Source of the DNA: Cyanophora paradoxa CCMP329 | Taxonomy: Eukaryota; Plantae; Glaucophyta | DNA length: 64,000 nt | Assembly: GCA_004431415.1 (NCBI GenBank) | Contig: QPMI01000127.1 | Coordinates: 62,001-126,000, forward strand | Reading direction: 5' to 3' | Part shown: piece after piece, positions 10,362 through 21,880 of the stretch | Position numbering within the stretch: position 1 is the stretch's first letter | Layout: each line of letters begins with the position of its first letter | The notes under the pieces: model-generated | What the model was told of the DNA's origin: nothing | Database searches by the model: none | The model's input: the letters and a program-made list of their open reading frames with translations, nothing else | Made by a program: the position numbers and the translations under genes

Positions 10362-11545
10362 CTGCCGCTGTTAAGCCATCTGCATTATCACAACCCTGAA
10401 AGAAACAATCTCGGCAAGGGCCTCGGATGGATACGCATACAGAGTTACGTCGACTTGATCCCCTGGGTCCACCTGGTCCCCCTTCCACATAATCCAGTGT
10501 GAGGCGCGCTCGTTTGTCCACGTGGTCGGGACCTCACGGAAGGACATATAGGATTCCGACGGGGCCGGGGGCAGGCGAGGGGGCGGGGGCACGAGATTCT
10601 TCCACTTTGTCCGATTGAAGGCCGTGCAGATCAAATAAACAGGGCGGGTTGAGGTCAGGCGTACTTGGGCGTGGACGTTGAATGAAAAGTACCACCATTC
10701 GCCTGGCGGTGTGTACGGTTTGAACGCTTGCCTCCAGGATATGACCGCACGCCCACCACTAGAGCGAGTCGGATTCGCTGCTGGAGGCATCGCCGTTCGT
10801 CGCTGCGGGGAACTTGATCGTCAAGCCGGACCCGCGCACTGCCTTGCTGACTTCGAAGACGAACACGCGCTGCGGTACGCAGGCGCTGAGCTTCTCTATC
10901 TCCACGTAGAACTTGACTAGCTTCCCGGCGACTGCAGGCGCGCGCACGCGTTCAAAGATGAGAAGCGGCGAGCCCAGCAGGCGCCCCGCAGCGGGCCGCT
11001 GACCTTTGGCCTCGACCACACGGCGCATAAGCTCGTCCAGCACGTCTCTGGTCGCCCGCGGGTTCGCGTTGAGCCCGAGTGGGAGCCGGCCTCCGGCTGT
11101 CCGGCCGGGGATGAGAGAACAGCGCGCGCGGGCGGCACAGCGAGATGCACTCGACTGCGACGTGCCTGTAGCTCTGCCCCGGTGGCGTTTCTGACCGCGG
11201 TTCATCGCGAGCCGCCGGCGAACCGCCGCCGGCGAGCCGGTCGGATCAAAAGGCTCTCCAGTGCTTCAGAGCACGCTGGCCAGCTTCCTGGACGCGAGCG
11301 ATCGCTGGATTTCGCCAGATGGCCGAGCGGAGGTGCGCGCGCGTACCCCCCCCCTTCGCCCCCCCCCCAGACTTCGCCCCTGCGCGCGCCGCGCGTGCAC
11401 TGCGGTTCTCTCCCGGTATGCATCGAAGTACTGAATAGAACAGCGTAGTAGCGAAGTCTGGCAGTGCACACTGTTGTTCTATTACGTCCGCGCTCGTACT
11501 GGACGGGCGCGCGGCAGGGCACGCTACTACTCCGGGCCGGCCTCC

Positions 11546-11815
11546 CTAGTCTGAATCCAACTCCTCCTCCTCCCACGGGGCCAGCTTGCCGCGGTGTGCC
11601 AGCTTGACGATGGACGCGGCGCCCGTCTCCGCCTGAAAGCAAAGGGTGTGCTCCATGCAGTACCGCCAGAACCGCCGGGGGCCGCAGCTGCCGTGGAACC
11701 AGCGCCGACACATCATCCCCTGCTTCCTCCCGAACCGGCACCGCCCCTTGACGGTGCCCGGCCCGGGATGGGGGCAGCCCAGTGCCTTGCAGGTCTGGGC
11801 CCCCGCACATGTGAG
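11546..11815 (-). pseudogene. PHD-like Cys/His finger C-terminal fragment
   Basis: CKALGC...CRRWFHGSC...YCMEH. Confidence 0.45.
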
Positions 11816-11847
11816 CTCTAGCGCGATGGCGGGTGGGCGGGCGGGCG

Positions 11848-12205
11848 GGGGTACGCTCGATGTGACCGGGGCGACGACGCTGGGGGGCACTCTGGGCGTG
11901 ACGGGGGCCACGTCGCTGGCCAACGCTTCGGTCGGAGGAACGCTCGGGGTGACAGGCAATACCACATTGGGGGGTACCCTGGGCGTGACGGGGGCGACCA
12001 CGTTGGCCAACGCTTCCGTGGGGGGCACCCTGGGGGTGACGGGAAACACCACGCTGGGGGGCACCCTCGGCGTGACGGGGACAACCACGATGGCCAACGC
12101 CTCGGTGGGGGGCACGCTCGGGGTGACGGGGAACACGACACTGAGCACGCTTGGGGTCACAGGGGCCACAACACTGTCCGGCACCTCGGTCGGGGGTACC
12201 CTTGG
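11848..12205 (+). pseudogene. Fibre/adhesin-like beta-repeat fragment (GGTLGVTGxTTL)n
   Basis: About 8 GGTLGVTG(A/N)TTL units with ANASV linkers; no start or stop of its own. Confidence 0.75.
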
Positions 12206-12574
12206 GGGGGCGGGGGGGGGGCGGCCGACCTTCCCAAGAGAGACCTTGAAGGCCTCCGCCCCCTCCGGTGTCGGCGTCAACCCGTGCCGGGCCTGGGCGA
12301 TGAGGGTATCCAGCGCGTTGTTCGCCTGCTGCCTCTGCTTCTGGAGATCCTTCAGCTTCGGCTTCATTCGCTCCCGCTCCTTCTCTCTTTTCCCCCCCAT
12401 CTGGCCCCTGTGCGCTGTGATCGCCTTGTCAATGCGCTGTAGCCTCTCCTTGGCCTCCCTTTCTCGGCGGATGGCCGGAGGCTCCTCCTCCGTCTCGTCG
12501 AGGACTTTGAAGTTGCTGCCGTCGTCTTCGAAGTCCTCATCCTGCGATGCGGGGGGCAGCGGGCGGTCAGGGCG

Positions 12575-12994
12575 GCGGAGCAGTTCAGCCTATATAGAAC
12601 CGAGGTGCATCGAGCAACATCGCTCGCGACCCGACCCCCCCTCTCGACGAACTTCATGATCATCACCCTCCTTCATATAAGGGCAGATTCAGCGGGGCTT
12701 GTGAGAACACGAATCTAAGGTGATCCAGTTTTCGAGAGAGGGGCAGTGCGACGAGAGCGGCAGACGGACACCGCCCTTTTTGACGGAGCATGACACGGAC
12801 TGAAACTGGACTACACTAGATTCATGTTCTCACAAGCGGAGGCAGTTCAGCCTATATAGAACCGAGGTGCATCGAGCAACATCGCTCGCGACCCGACCCC
12901 CCCTCTCGACGAACTTCATGATCATCACCCTCCTTCATATAAGGGCAGATTCAGCGGGGCTTGTGAGAACACGAATCTAAGGTGATCCAGTTTC
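12575..12994. mobile_element. TIR element copies B (12575-12731, truncated) and C (12802-12994, complete), inverted relative to copy A
   Basis: Copy C runs gaaactggactacactagattc...gaatctaaggtgatccagtttc; 12580-12798 is the reverse complement of 8345-8565. Confidence 0.7.
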
Positions 12995-14329
12995 GGACGG
13001 GCTCTGCTTGGACTTGTCGTATTTGCGGCGTTTCTTCTGGGGCGTCGCGGCCAGCGGGTCTTCACCGTCCCGCTGGGGGGCGTCGTGGGGGTGGTCGCAG
13101 TAGTGGCGGACGACGACGGGCCCGGCGGGCCCCCGCCGGCTGTGGCCGGACTTGAGGGTGGCAAGCTTCATGCGCCCGAAGTGGCGGAGGGTGCCCAGGA
13201 TGCGAACGGGGTCGACGTTGTCCTGGCGGTAGATATGGCCCTTTTTGCCGTAGTAGGCGCCGAGGCTCGTGCGCAGGAAGACGGCGAGGCGGGGGGCGAC
13301 GAGGGCCTGGATGGTGTCCTCACGCATCTCGCGGAAGCTGGCGGGCTCGTCGCGGTGGCTCTTGGTGTCGATCTCAAGGAAGATGACGATGTCTGGGAGG
13401 GAGAAGGTGAAGTCGGGGAGGTAGACGGACCCGGCGCCGATGGCGCACCCCTGGCGCGGGGGGGCGACGAGGTCGGGGGAGACGGGGCGCCAGGGGCTGC
13501 CGGCGAGGATGCTGGCGACCACGTGGACGTCGCTCACATGCCTGTCGCCGCCGGGCCGTGCGGGTGCCGCCACGCCGAGGCGACAGGCAAGGCAGCGTGC
13601 GTGGGACGACCCCACCCAGTGGATGCCGCAGGCCGCGCAGGGCCGCTCGAGGGCCTCGGGGCCGGGCGGGGGTGCCCAGGCCTTGATGCGGTCGCGCCCC
13701 AGGCAGGGACGGCACAGGGTCGTGCCGAGGTCGGTACCCTCTGCGCCGCAGCGGGCGCAGACGCGGCCGCAGCGGCAGGCGAGGCGCCCGCACCCGTTGC
13801 ATGGGTCCCGCTCGGCCCTGGGGGCCTTCTTTGGGCGCAGGACGAGGCGCGGCCACCCGGCGAGGGTGGACCCGGCGGCGCGCCAGGCGAGGGCGGCCGG
13901 CTGGGTGCCGACAAATAGCGCCGAGGCCTCCACAAGGGTGCAGAGGGTGGCACCACGGTCCAGGTCATCGACGCGAAGGGCGAGGAGTGGTCGCTGCGGG
14001 GTCGCCGCGGGGCGGAGGGCCTTGGCGGCGGCGCAGGAGGCCTGGTCGGCGAGGCCGAACAGGGCGATTGTCCTGTCGGCGAGGCGGAAGATGGTGCCGG
14101 GGCCCAGCGGCGGCTGCGGGGGGTCGGGGTCGTCCTCGTCTGGCGGGGGCGGCGCCCAGCCCGCTGCGGCCCCGTGGGCATCGCAGAAGGCGTGCTCTTG
14201 GGGCCACCGCGTGCGTTTCAGTTTGCAGCCCGCGACGACGCAGAGGCGGGCGCAGGCATGACAGGCCCCGCGCTGCCGCGGGGCGGCGGGGCTGGACCCG
14301 CACTTGAGGCAGCTGGCGGCGGGGGCCAT
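12977..14329 (-). CDS. Zinc-finger PD-(D/E)xK restriction-like endonuclease of giant-virus type
   Basis: Multiple CxxC pairs, then YLPDFTF...IFLEIDTKSH...REDTI...AVFLR; the C-terminus ends inside the TIR element. Confidence 0.7.
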   Translation of the reverse strand: MAPAASCLKCGSSPAAPRQRGACHACARLCVVAGCKLKRTRWPQEHAFCDAHGAAAGWAPPPPDEDDPDPPQPPLGPGTIFRLADRTIALFGLADQASCAAAKALRPAATPQRPLLALRVDDLDRGATLCTLVEASALFVGTQPAALAWRAAGSTLAGWPRLVLRPKKAPRAERDPCNGCGRLACRCGRVCARCGAEGTDLGTTLCRPCLGRDRIKAWAPPPGPEALERPCAACGIHWVGSSHARCLACRLGVAAPARPGGDRHVSDVHVVASILAGSPWRPVSPDLVAPPRQGCAIGAGSVYLPDFTFSLPDIVIFLEIDTKSHRDEPASFREMREDTIQALVAPRLAVFLRTSLGAYYGKKGHIYRQDNVDPVRILGTLRHFGRMKLATLKSGHSRRGPAGPVVVRHYCDHPHDAPQRDGEDPLAATPQKKRRKYDKSKQSPSETGSP

Positions 14330-14449
14330 GGCGGCGGCGGCCTCCACTAGAGTGGGACGCAGATGTTGCAAGTCTGCGCGCGCCTTCGAATTCAGCGCCG
14401 GGGCGGCGGGCGGGCGGCCGGTCGGTGGCGGGCGGCAGCGCACCACTCT

Positions 14450-14731
14450 GCCGCTCTGGGAACCAAGCGCCTCGACCGAGAGCGCGGAGTAGGCGGTCTC
14501 TTCGTAGCGGCCGCACGCGTTCAAGCCCATCGGACGGAACGCGGCCGGGATGCAGATCCAGATGTACTTGCCGTGGCCGCAAGACATCTTTATGCCACCC
14601 ACGCAGGGCAGGCACATCATGGCCTTGCACGTATAGCTGCGGTGTGGTGGGCGCGCCTCAGGGACGCGCGGGGCGCGGCGGGCGCGCGCGCGGGCGCACC
14701 AGTAGAAATCGGTCAGCTCGGCGCAGAGCAC
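14450..14731 (-). pseudogene. Intron-containing Cys-rich gene fragment
   Basis: 63 nt GT-AG intron 14637-14699 gives DFYCYTCKAMMCLPC. Confidence 0.45.
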
Positions 14732-15157
14732 GCAGCGCGTGCCAGGGGCGGGGTTCTCATCGTCAGAGGAGGGGCACCGTGCTGACGCTGAACCCGAGCG
14801 GCACGCTGCACCGACCTGTCGCGCTTCGTCAACTCGACCGAGGCCTCCTCATTCCAGAACCTCTACGACAACGGGGGCATCTGGGCGCTCGAGGTGCCCC
14901 TGGCGGTCATGGACGACCAGACCCCCATTGGGCTCTCCCAGATGCCTGGCGGCTTCCTCGCCGCCGACGTCTTCGTTCTCACCAACAGCCGCTGCATCGT
15001 GGACCTCCACGCCGCCTTCGTCAAGTTCGAGCGCGAGGACGTCGCGTGCGACGAGCTCGGGCCCGGCGTGTGGGGCCGCCAGCCGGCGCTCTAGCGCTGC
15101 CGCTTCCCCGCAGCCCCCCTCCGGGCCCAGAATGAGGCCCGGGCCGCCGAGCTGGCG

Positions 15158-15868
15158 GTGGTTCGTGCGGAGGCGGAAGCCCAACGGGCGCGGGCGGACC
15201 AGGCCGAGGCGCGGCTGGACGACCGGGGACGGACGGAGCTCCAGCTAAGGGAATGCCAGGTATTACGGGACGCGCTGCAGGCCCAGCTGGCGGCCTGTCA
15301 GGCCCAGCTGGCGGCCGGGGTGCAAGCATTCGGCGCGCTGCAGGCCCAGCACGATGCCTGCCAGCAAGCGCGCGCCGAGCTGCAGGGTCAGCTTGAGGAG
15401 CTCCGTGCAGAGGTCGACGCCGAACGGAAACGGGCGGATGATGCCGAGTCGCTGCTGAGGGCCTGCCAGAATATACGGAACGGGCTGCGGGACCAGCTTG
15501 ATGACAGGGTCAACGAGCTCAGGGAGCTCCGTGCGGAGGTCGATACCGAACGGGCGCGGGCGGATCAGGCCGAGGCGCGGCTGCGTGACCGTGGGGAGTC
15601 GGATGCTCGCACATGGCTGTGTACCCCCCGGCACGGACCGACCGACCAGTCCGTCGCCCGCCGCATGCAGCCGCACGCTTTCTTCGGCTCGCCCGCCGTG
15701 ACGGGCAAGAGCATGGACCGCGAGGCCCTCTTCGGGGACCCCGACATGCACATGTCGGAGGAGAAGCTGAGGGTGCACCGCGGCATCCTCGTCGCCTACC
15801 TGTCGACGCGGCCGCACATCATGCGGGCCCTCGCGGAGGAGGGCGGCGGCCCGTGGTCGCCTGCGTGA
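15158..15868 (+). CDS. Coiled-coil repeat protein (5' truncated)
   Basis: Repeated ELRAEVDxERxRADxAE and RADQAEARL. Confidence 0.6.
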   Translation: MVRAEAEAQRARADQAEARLDDRGRTELQLRECQVLRDALQAQLAACQAQLAAGVQAFGALQAQHDACQQARAELQGQLEELRAEVDAERKRADDAESLLRACQNIRNGLRDQLDDRVNELRELRAEVDTERARADQAEARLRDRGESDARTWLCTPRHGPTDQSVARRMQPHAFFGSPAVTGKSMDREALFGDPDMHMSEEKLRVHRGILVAYLSTRPHIMRALAEEGGGPWSPA

Positions 15869-16399
15869 TGCGGCCGGGCGGGGCCGGCGGGTCCGACGCC
15901 GGGTGGGTGCAGGCCTACTCCCCGGAAGCCCACTCGGCGCTGGCGGCCCGCGAGGCCGCGGCCCACGCCCACGCCGGCGGCGGCTCCTCCTCCATCGCGG
16001 CCTCCGCCGCGGCGGCCCTCGACTGCACCCCGTCGGGCTGGCGCCCGGACCCGGCGGCCGCGCGCATCACGCTCGCCGCGATGTTAACCGCCGGTCGGTC
16101 GGTCGGACCGTCCAGTTGATTTGAAAATTCCAGGCGTGGTGTGGGGTACACGTACGACGCTGCGTTTGTGCACCTACGACGAAAGTGAAGGCCGAATACA
16201 CATGTGGCAATGTCAGGCGACAAAATCCACGAGGCTCGATGGGGGGATCCGGATGGAGGTGAGGCGTACCACGACGGTGATGGCGGCGACGGCGACGATG
16301 ACGACGAAGACGACGATCGGAGGCCGGATCCGAACTTCAACCATCGGGACCATGAGGAGGACGATGAGCTCGAGCCTCGAGCGGAAGCACGGCGAACGG

Positions 16400-16648
16400 C
16401 CTGAAAGCTTCGTCGCGCTCCATGCGGTCCCTCATATGCACGTTTAACCACGTCAGGAGGATCTCGTCCACGTTCCACAGCCGCTGCAGTCGTACCGACT
16501 CCGATATGCCCCGCGGGTCGGCACCGGCACGCAGGGCCCGGCTGGTCCCTGCGAGCGCCGCCTGGCTCGATGAAGGCAGTAGAGATTGGACGGCTTCCTG
16601 GACGCCGTACGGGAGGGGCAGCAGCGTCGGCCGGGTCGGCGGCTCCAT
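16400..16648 (-). pseudogene. F-box-like N-terminal fragment
   Basis: LLPLPYGVQEAVQSLL...LAGTSRALR. Confidence 0.5.
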
Positions 16649-17189
16649 CGTGCGTGTCAACATGCTTGGAAAAAAGTGCGTCCGCCGCAAGGGCCCTCTT
16701 TTGTAAGGCTTTCCCCGAAGAAGGTGCACACCGCACCCCATGCCCGCCGCCTCCTCCTACTCCCCCGCCGCCGTCCGCGCCCGCGCCGTCGAGGCCCGCC
16801 GCGCCTGGACGGCGCACCTCCTGGGCCGCGGCGGCGAGGCGGCCGCCGCGCGGCTCCGGGAGGCCGAGGCCCGCCTCTCCGCCGCCCGCGCGGCCGTCGC
16901 CGAGGCCGAGTCGCGCGCCCGCACCGCCTCAGGCGTCCTGGACACCGCTCCTGCCCCCGCCGGCGGGGGCAACGGGGAGGACTTTTAGGATATATATTTT
17001 GTGCGCACGTAGACGTGTCACGCACGATGTTGGAAGATGTCGCCCATGCCTTTGCGAGCCTGGGGGGCACGCTGAACCAGCCGGGGCCTGACGAGGTCCT
17101 GGGCTGGCGTCCGAAAAAGGCCACCGATGGATGGGCGAGGCGCCAAGGGACCACCTGCCTCGAAAAAAAGCCACCGCGAATCGTTGAAA

Positions 17190-18050
17190 ATGACTGTCCC
17201 GCTCCTCCCGTGGTGCTCGTCCCTCCGCCAGTGCGTCCGCACGTGCGTCGCCGACGCCTCCCGCGCTGGCGGCGGTTCCGGCCCCGACTGCGACGACGAA
17301 GGGGGCGGCCAGCCACCAAGGCGTCTTGTCCTCGATGCTGCCACCCTGGGGCTCGCCCTCGCCGACCCCGACCTCGCGGCTGCCTGGGGACGGGCTATGG
17401 CCGAGTGGCTGGGCTCCGAGCAGGGCCGCCGCGAGGCGGACGCCTCGGCCCTGCGCGGGGGCCGCAAACGCCGCGTGGGGGCACCCGCGGCGTTCCTCCT
17501 CCCCCTGATGCGGGGCCCCGTCGGGGCCGCCCTTGTCCGCGCCCTAGGGGGCTGGGCCGCACGGTCGAGCGGTTCCGCCTCGAGTTCGCCGCCGAGCTCG
17601 AGGCGGCCGCGTTCGGCCCGGGCGCAAAAGATTCCTCCGCTGCAGCTCGGCCTGCACGCGGGCGCGCTGGTCGAGATTCGCGGGCTGCTGCCCTGCGCGT
17701 ACCAGGTCCTCTGCGCGCACGACGCGGCGGCCCCGCCCGCCGCCGCGCGCGCGGCGGAGGCCGGCCCGGGCGCGGCCCGGCGCGCACCGCTGCAGGACGT
17801 CACGAACCGCCCGGCGGCGGCGGCGGGGGCCGCGCGCATCGTCCTCGCGCCGGCGCCGACCCTCGCCGAGCTCCCCGTGCTGGTGGGACGGGCGGGGGCC
17901 GCGGCCGAGGCGGGGGTCAACGGTGCGAGCCCCTGGAGCGCCCTCGCGCGCGGCGACCAGCGCCTGCCGGTCGACCTTGTGCGCCACATGGCGCGCCCGC
18001 TGCTGGACCCGACCCTCCCGCCGCGGCGCGCGCTCTGTATTCCTCTGTGA
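17190..18050 (+). CDS. Hypothetical Ala/Leu-rich protein
   Basis: Open frame with plausible composition; no motif recognised. Confidence 0.4.
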   Translation: MTVPLLPWCSSLRQCVRTCVADASRAGGGSGPDCDDEGGGQPPRRLVLDAATLGLALADPDLAAAWGRAMAEWLGSEQGRREADASALRGGRKRRVGAPAAFLLPLMRGPVGAALVRALGGWAARSSGSASSSPPSSRRPRSARAQKIPPLQLGLHAGALVEIRGLLPCAYQVLCAHDAAAPPAAARAAEAGPGAARRAPLQDVTNRPAAAAGAARIVLAPAPTLAELPVLVGRAGAAAEAGVNGASPWSALARGDQRLPVDLVRHMARPLLDPTLPPRRALCIPL

Positions 18051-18530
18051 ATGTCAATGCACCGCCGCCAAAATCAATGAGGACAACGTCGGGGATTGCA
18101 TCCTCGCCGGGCGCCGAGTCGACCTCCGCGCGGATCATGATGTTGTTGCCCTTCAGATCGCAGTGGGAGATGCCCAGCTGCCGAAGCGTGAACAGGGCCC
18201 GCAGGATGCGGATGGCAATGACGCGAGCGGTGAACTCGGGGGCCTCTCCCCGGCGGTCCCGGAACCGATAGAGCGTTCCGCCGCCGAGCACCTCCATGAC
18301 TACACAGATCGATGGCACCAGGGGGGTCCTTCGCGTGCCCTCGCTATGCCGGATGACGAGGAACCACCCGTAGATCAAAGGGAACGGCGGCTTGATCGAG
18401 GGGTCCTCTGCCGGCCAGACAGCGCCGCTGGCGTTGGTCGCCCTGTGGGTGTTGTAGGCCACCACCGGTGCCGCCACCTCCAGGATGAACTGGAGGGCAG
18501 CTTCCTCTGTACTCTCTACGGTGATCACTC
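18045..18530 (-). pseudogene. Ser/Thr protein kinase fragment (subdomains ~III-VII)
   Basis: VVMEVLGGGTL...ISHCDLKGNNIMI...VVLIDFG; no start and no C-lobe end. Confidence 0.8.
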
Positions 18531-19103
18531 CCAGGGGAGGTCCACAAAGGGCGGCCTGTCCGGCTCGGTCATGTGCACGACGAACCACCGCCCCACCGCC
18601 TGGAACCAGGAGTCGCGGAAGGAGTGGTAGGTCGTGCTGGGGTCCTCGAGAAACCTCTTCACCCGCGCCTCGAGCTCGTCGCGGATCGCCGTCATGAGGC
18701 GCTGGGCCTCCTGCGGCCCGCCCTTCTCGAGCTGCTGCCTGAGCTTGTTTCTCGCGGAGACGACGTACGTCCCCTCGGGGGCGAAGACCAGGTGGGCGTA
18801 GTTGCCGTTCACCGAGTCGAGGCCGATGTTGAACATGTCCGCCGAGGAGGGCTGCTGGAACCAGCACCGCTCCTTCTGGTCACAGTTGCCGTGGTGCACG
18901 TGGAACTCGATGGGCCCGTGTGGAACCTCGACGCTGGACGAGCTCCCCTTCGTCACGTTTTGAGGCACCATCCACCCCACCTGGTCTATCTGGGGGGGGC
19001 ACTGGGGTTCCAGGATGCCGCCTATCTCGGGGGCCCCCGCCGGGAGCTCCGTCTGGGCCCGCAGCCTCCTGAAGTCGTCGGGGTGCATCACGAAGCGCGG
19101 CAC
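18525..19103 (-). CDS. JAB/MPN-like metallo-isopeptidase domain protein
   Basis: EIGG...FHVH...PSSAD matches the E...HxH...SxxD pattern. Confidence 0.7.
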   Translation of the reverse strand: MPRFVMHPDDFRRLRAQTELPAGAPEIGGILEPQCPPQIDQVGWMVPQNVTKGSSSSVEVPHGPIEFHVHHGNCDQKERCWFQQPSSADMFNIGLDSVNGNYAHLVFAPEGTYVVSARNKLRQQLEKGGPQEAQRLMTAIRDELEARVKRFLEDPSTTYHSFRDSWFQAVGRWFVVHMTEPDRPPFVDLPWE

Positions 19104-19781
19104 GGGGGCGGCAGCATTGCCGCGACCACAACCACCTGAGAATCCTATAGCTAGTCTAGTACTCGTAGATCATGACGACGCGACGCGCGCAGACTCAGAT
19201 CTGCCAGGCTGGCACCGGTATAACGCCGGTATACGGGTGCGCGCGCGCACACGCAAGCGAATCTGCAGTGTTGACGTGTCGACGTCTGTGGTGATACGGT
19301 AACTTACGAAGTCCCTTCGCAGGCAGAAAGAGTCCCAGACTCCGGGAGAAAGAGTCACTGGCAGTACATGTACATCATGATGGCCTGCAGGCTCAGCGGC
19401 TGCAGCTGGCATCTGTCACAGGCTCACAGCTGCAGTGTATGGCATTGTACGCGCGCGTATATATACATCAAGTACGTACTAAGCTCGTTACGTGTTCATG
19501 CAGACTTACAGCCTGGCAGTAAGTTTTTTTAACTTAGGAACAAAACTCAAAAGGCCAATCATTGCCGGCCCCATCCGATGATCCCCATGGCCATGGCCAC
19601 GGCCCATATGCATGCATGGCCACGGGCCGGGGCCGCCGGGCCCGCGGCCAATTAATCAAGTTGCCGTCGCTTACCGTAGTACCCGGTCCCGCGGTAGTGC
19701 ACGGTAGTGCACGCGCGGCGCCGGCGCCGGCCGGTATATACTATGATACTATAGCTACTAGGAGCGGATGCGGTGCGCATG

Positions 19782-21074
19782 CTATCGCCCCCGGCGCCCG
19801 GCGGGCGTGGCGCCGGAGCCCCACGGGTCGTCCCGTAGCGCCGCCGCCTGCGCCTGCGCCGCCGCGATCGCCTCGCGCTCCCGCTTCCGCCTGATGAGCT
19901 CCGGCCAGACCTCGTCGAGGACCGCGCGCAGGATGTCCCGCTTGCCGTCCGCCAGCGCCTCGCAGAAGCCGGGCGGGATCGGCTTGAGCCCGTTGAGGTC
20001 GCACATGGTGCGGCAGACCGCCATGTTCACCTTGCGCTGGATCTCCTCCTCGCTCGGCTTACTCCAGCCCGGGTTGCCAGGCAGGAGCTCGGGCGGCCGG
20101 CTGGAGCCCGCCGCCGCCGCCGCCGGCGCCGCCGCCCCGCCCGCGCCAGGCCAGAGGGCGCCGCCGGGCATGTTCTTCATTCCGTGGGCCCAGATTTGCC
20201 GGTGTCTAGCGGACGCCGGGCAGTCGTTGCACTCTCATCACTTCAGGAAGACGATCCGGTCCTTCGAAAACGGCTCGGCCGACAGCACGAACCGCGAGGG
20301 CCCCTCGAGGTCGATGATGAGGCCGATGATGGCGGGGATCCGCATCGACTGCGAGGCCGACAGATCCGGTATGGCGGCCAGCCCCGGGATCTCGGTCGGG
20401 GGCAGGAGGGCGAAGGTGGAGCGGGAGAGGCCCCGCCAGCGCAGGTCGGCCTCGGCGCCGTCGAGGGCCTTCCAGCTGGCCCCGTACTCCGACGACCCAA
20501 CCTCGGCGCCGAGGCGCACGACCCCGCCCGCCCGGAAGCTGAGCGTCGGGCGCATGTACATCTGGGTGTCGGGGACCCGGATGCCCCGCTCGGCGCGCCA
20601 GACCGTGCCCATAAGGTCCACGGGGGCGTTGAGGCGGTGGGCGACGACCGCAACCAGAACGGCGGTGATGAGCGCCGTGGCGATGACAGAGACGGCAGCG
20701 GCGGCGCCCATTGTTCAGAGCTCTCTCTACCGGCGCATGTAGGCCTCCAGCACCGGCCGGAATTTGCCGATCAAGGACCGGCCGACTGAAATCGCGGCAA
20801 CCGACCAGTCCGCCAGGCTGCCGGGCCTTGCGACAGGGTCGTAGCTTCGGGGCTGATGCCCCGCGATGAAAGCGCCCGCCGGAGCGGCCATCAGCCACAC
20901 CTTGTCGCTAAACCGCATCTCCACGGGCCCCACGGCGGCCGACTGAATCCGCGGGATGAACGAGGGGTCGTAGACCCGAGCGCAGATGGCGCTAACGACA
21001 GGGCGGAGGTGTGGGCTCCTCAGGGCAGCCATGATCTCCACATACGCCAACGCTCGGTTGTACTGCGCGCGCAC
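19782..21074 (-). other. Three closely packed intronless hypothetical ORFs (19782-20180, 20238-20711, 20727-21074)
   Basis: Co-oriented with short spacers; 20238-20711 begins with a TM segment. Confidence 0.45.
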
Positions 21075-21530
21075 GCAGGGGGGACGTTAGGCGGCGAGCG
21101 GCGAACCGGCGGCTTGCGGCGCACCACATCGGGAGAGAGGACGGCGCCGGCGACCGGACCCGCATCCATGAAGAAGAAAGAAGCCTGGCCGCAGTGGTAC
21201 TAGTACAGCTCAGGAGGAGGAGCTCAACAAGCTGATGGAGCAGACGATGGAGAACCGCCGCATCGCCGAGAGGCTCCTGAGGGAGCGGGTCGCCGAGAGC
21301 AGGCGCGAGGGGTTCCGGGCGTCGTCTTCCTCCGAAGAGGCCGGCGACGGCGGCGGCGCCCCCCCCTCTGCGCCCGCCCCTTAATATTTTGTGATAGGGA
21401 GATCATAAAAAAACACCCAAGGCATCCCCGGGCACACCCCCTAGCGGCGGCCGCGCGGACGGCCGCTGCGGTTCGCCCCTGCCTGGCGGGGCGACATAAT
21501 CCCGCGGATCCACCAAACGCGCGGGCCGAC

Positions 21531-21880
21531 TTAGCACCTCGGCTTCTTCTTCTCCTTCTTCTTCGCTGGCGCCTTCTTCTTCTTCTTCTTCTTCTTTTTC
21601 ATCTCGGCGGCCTTCTTCTTCTCCTTCTGTTTCTTCTCTTCCTCTATGACGGCCTTGCGGACCTCGGCCCGGATCCGGCGGCGCCTGCGGGCCCTGCGCC
21701 GGCGCTCAGAGGAGGAGGAGGAGCAGGAGGAGGAGGAGGAGGAGGAGGATGAGGAGGAGCATGACGACGACGCGTCCGAGTCATCGGAGAGCCTGCACTT
21801 GCAGTGGATCTTGCGCCGGAGGCAGTGGGGGCACCGCCCCTCCCTCACGGCCCGGTACCGGTCGACGGCGTCCGGCTGCG
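21531..21880 (-). pseudogene. Low-complexity Ser/Lys-rich C-terminal fragment with a CxxC..HCxC knuckle
   Basis: CPHCLRRKIHCKC, poly-Ser, poly-Lys. Confidence 0.45.

Noticed and set aside
21440-21470. Hairpins as viral polyadenylation signals (also 4020-4050 and 35988-36003)
   Set aside because: Short stems are expected by chance at this GC content; no transcript evidence.
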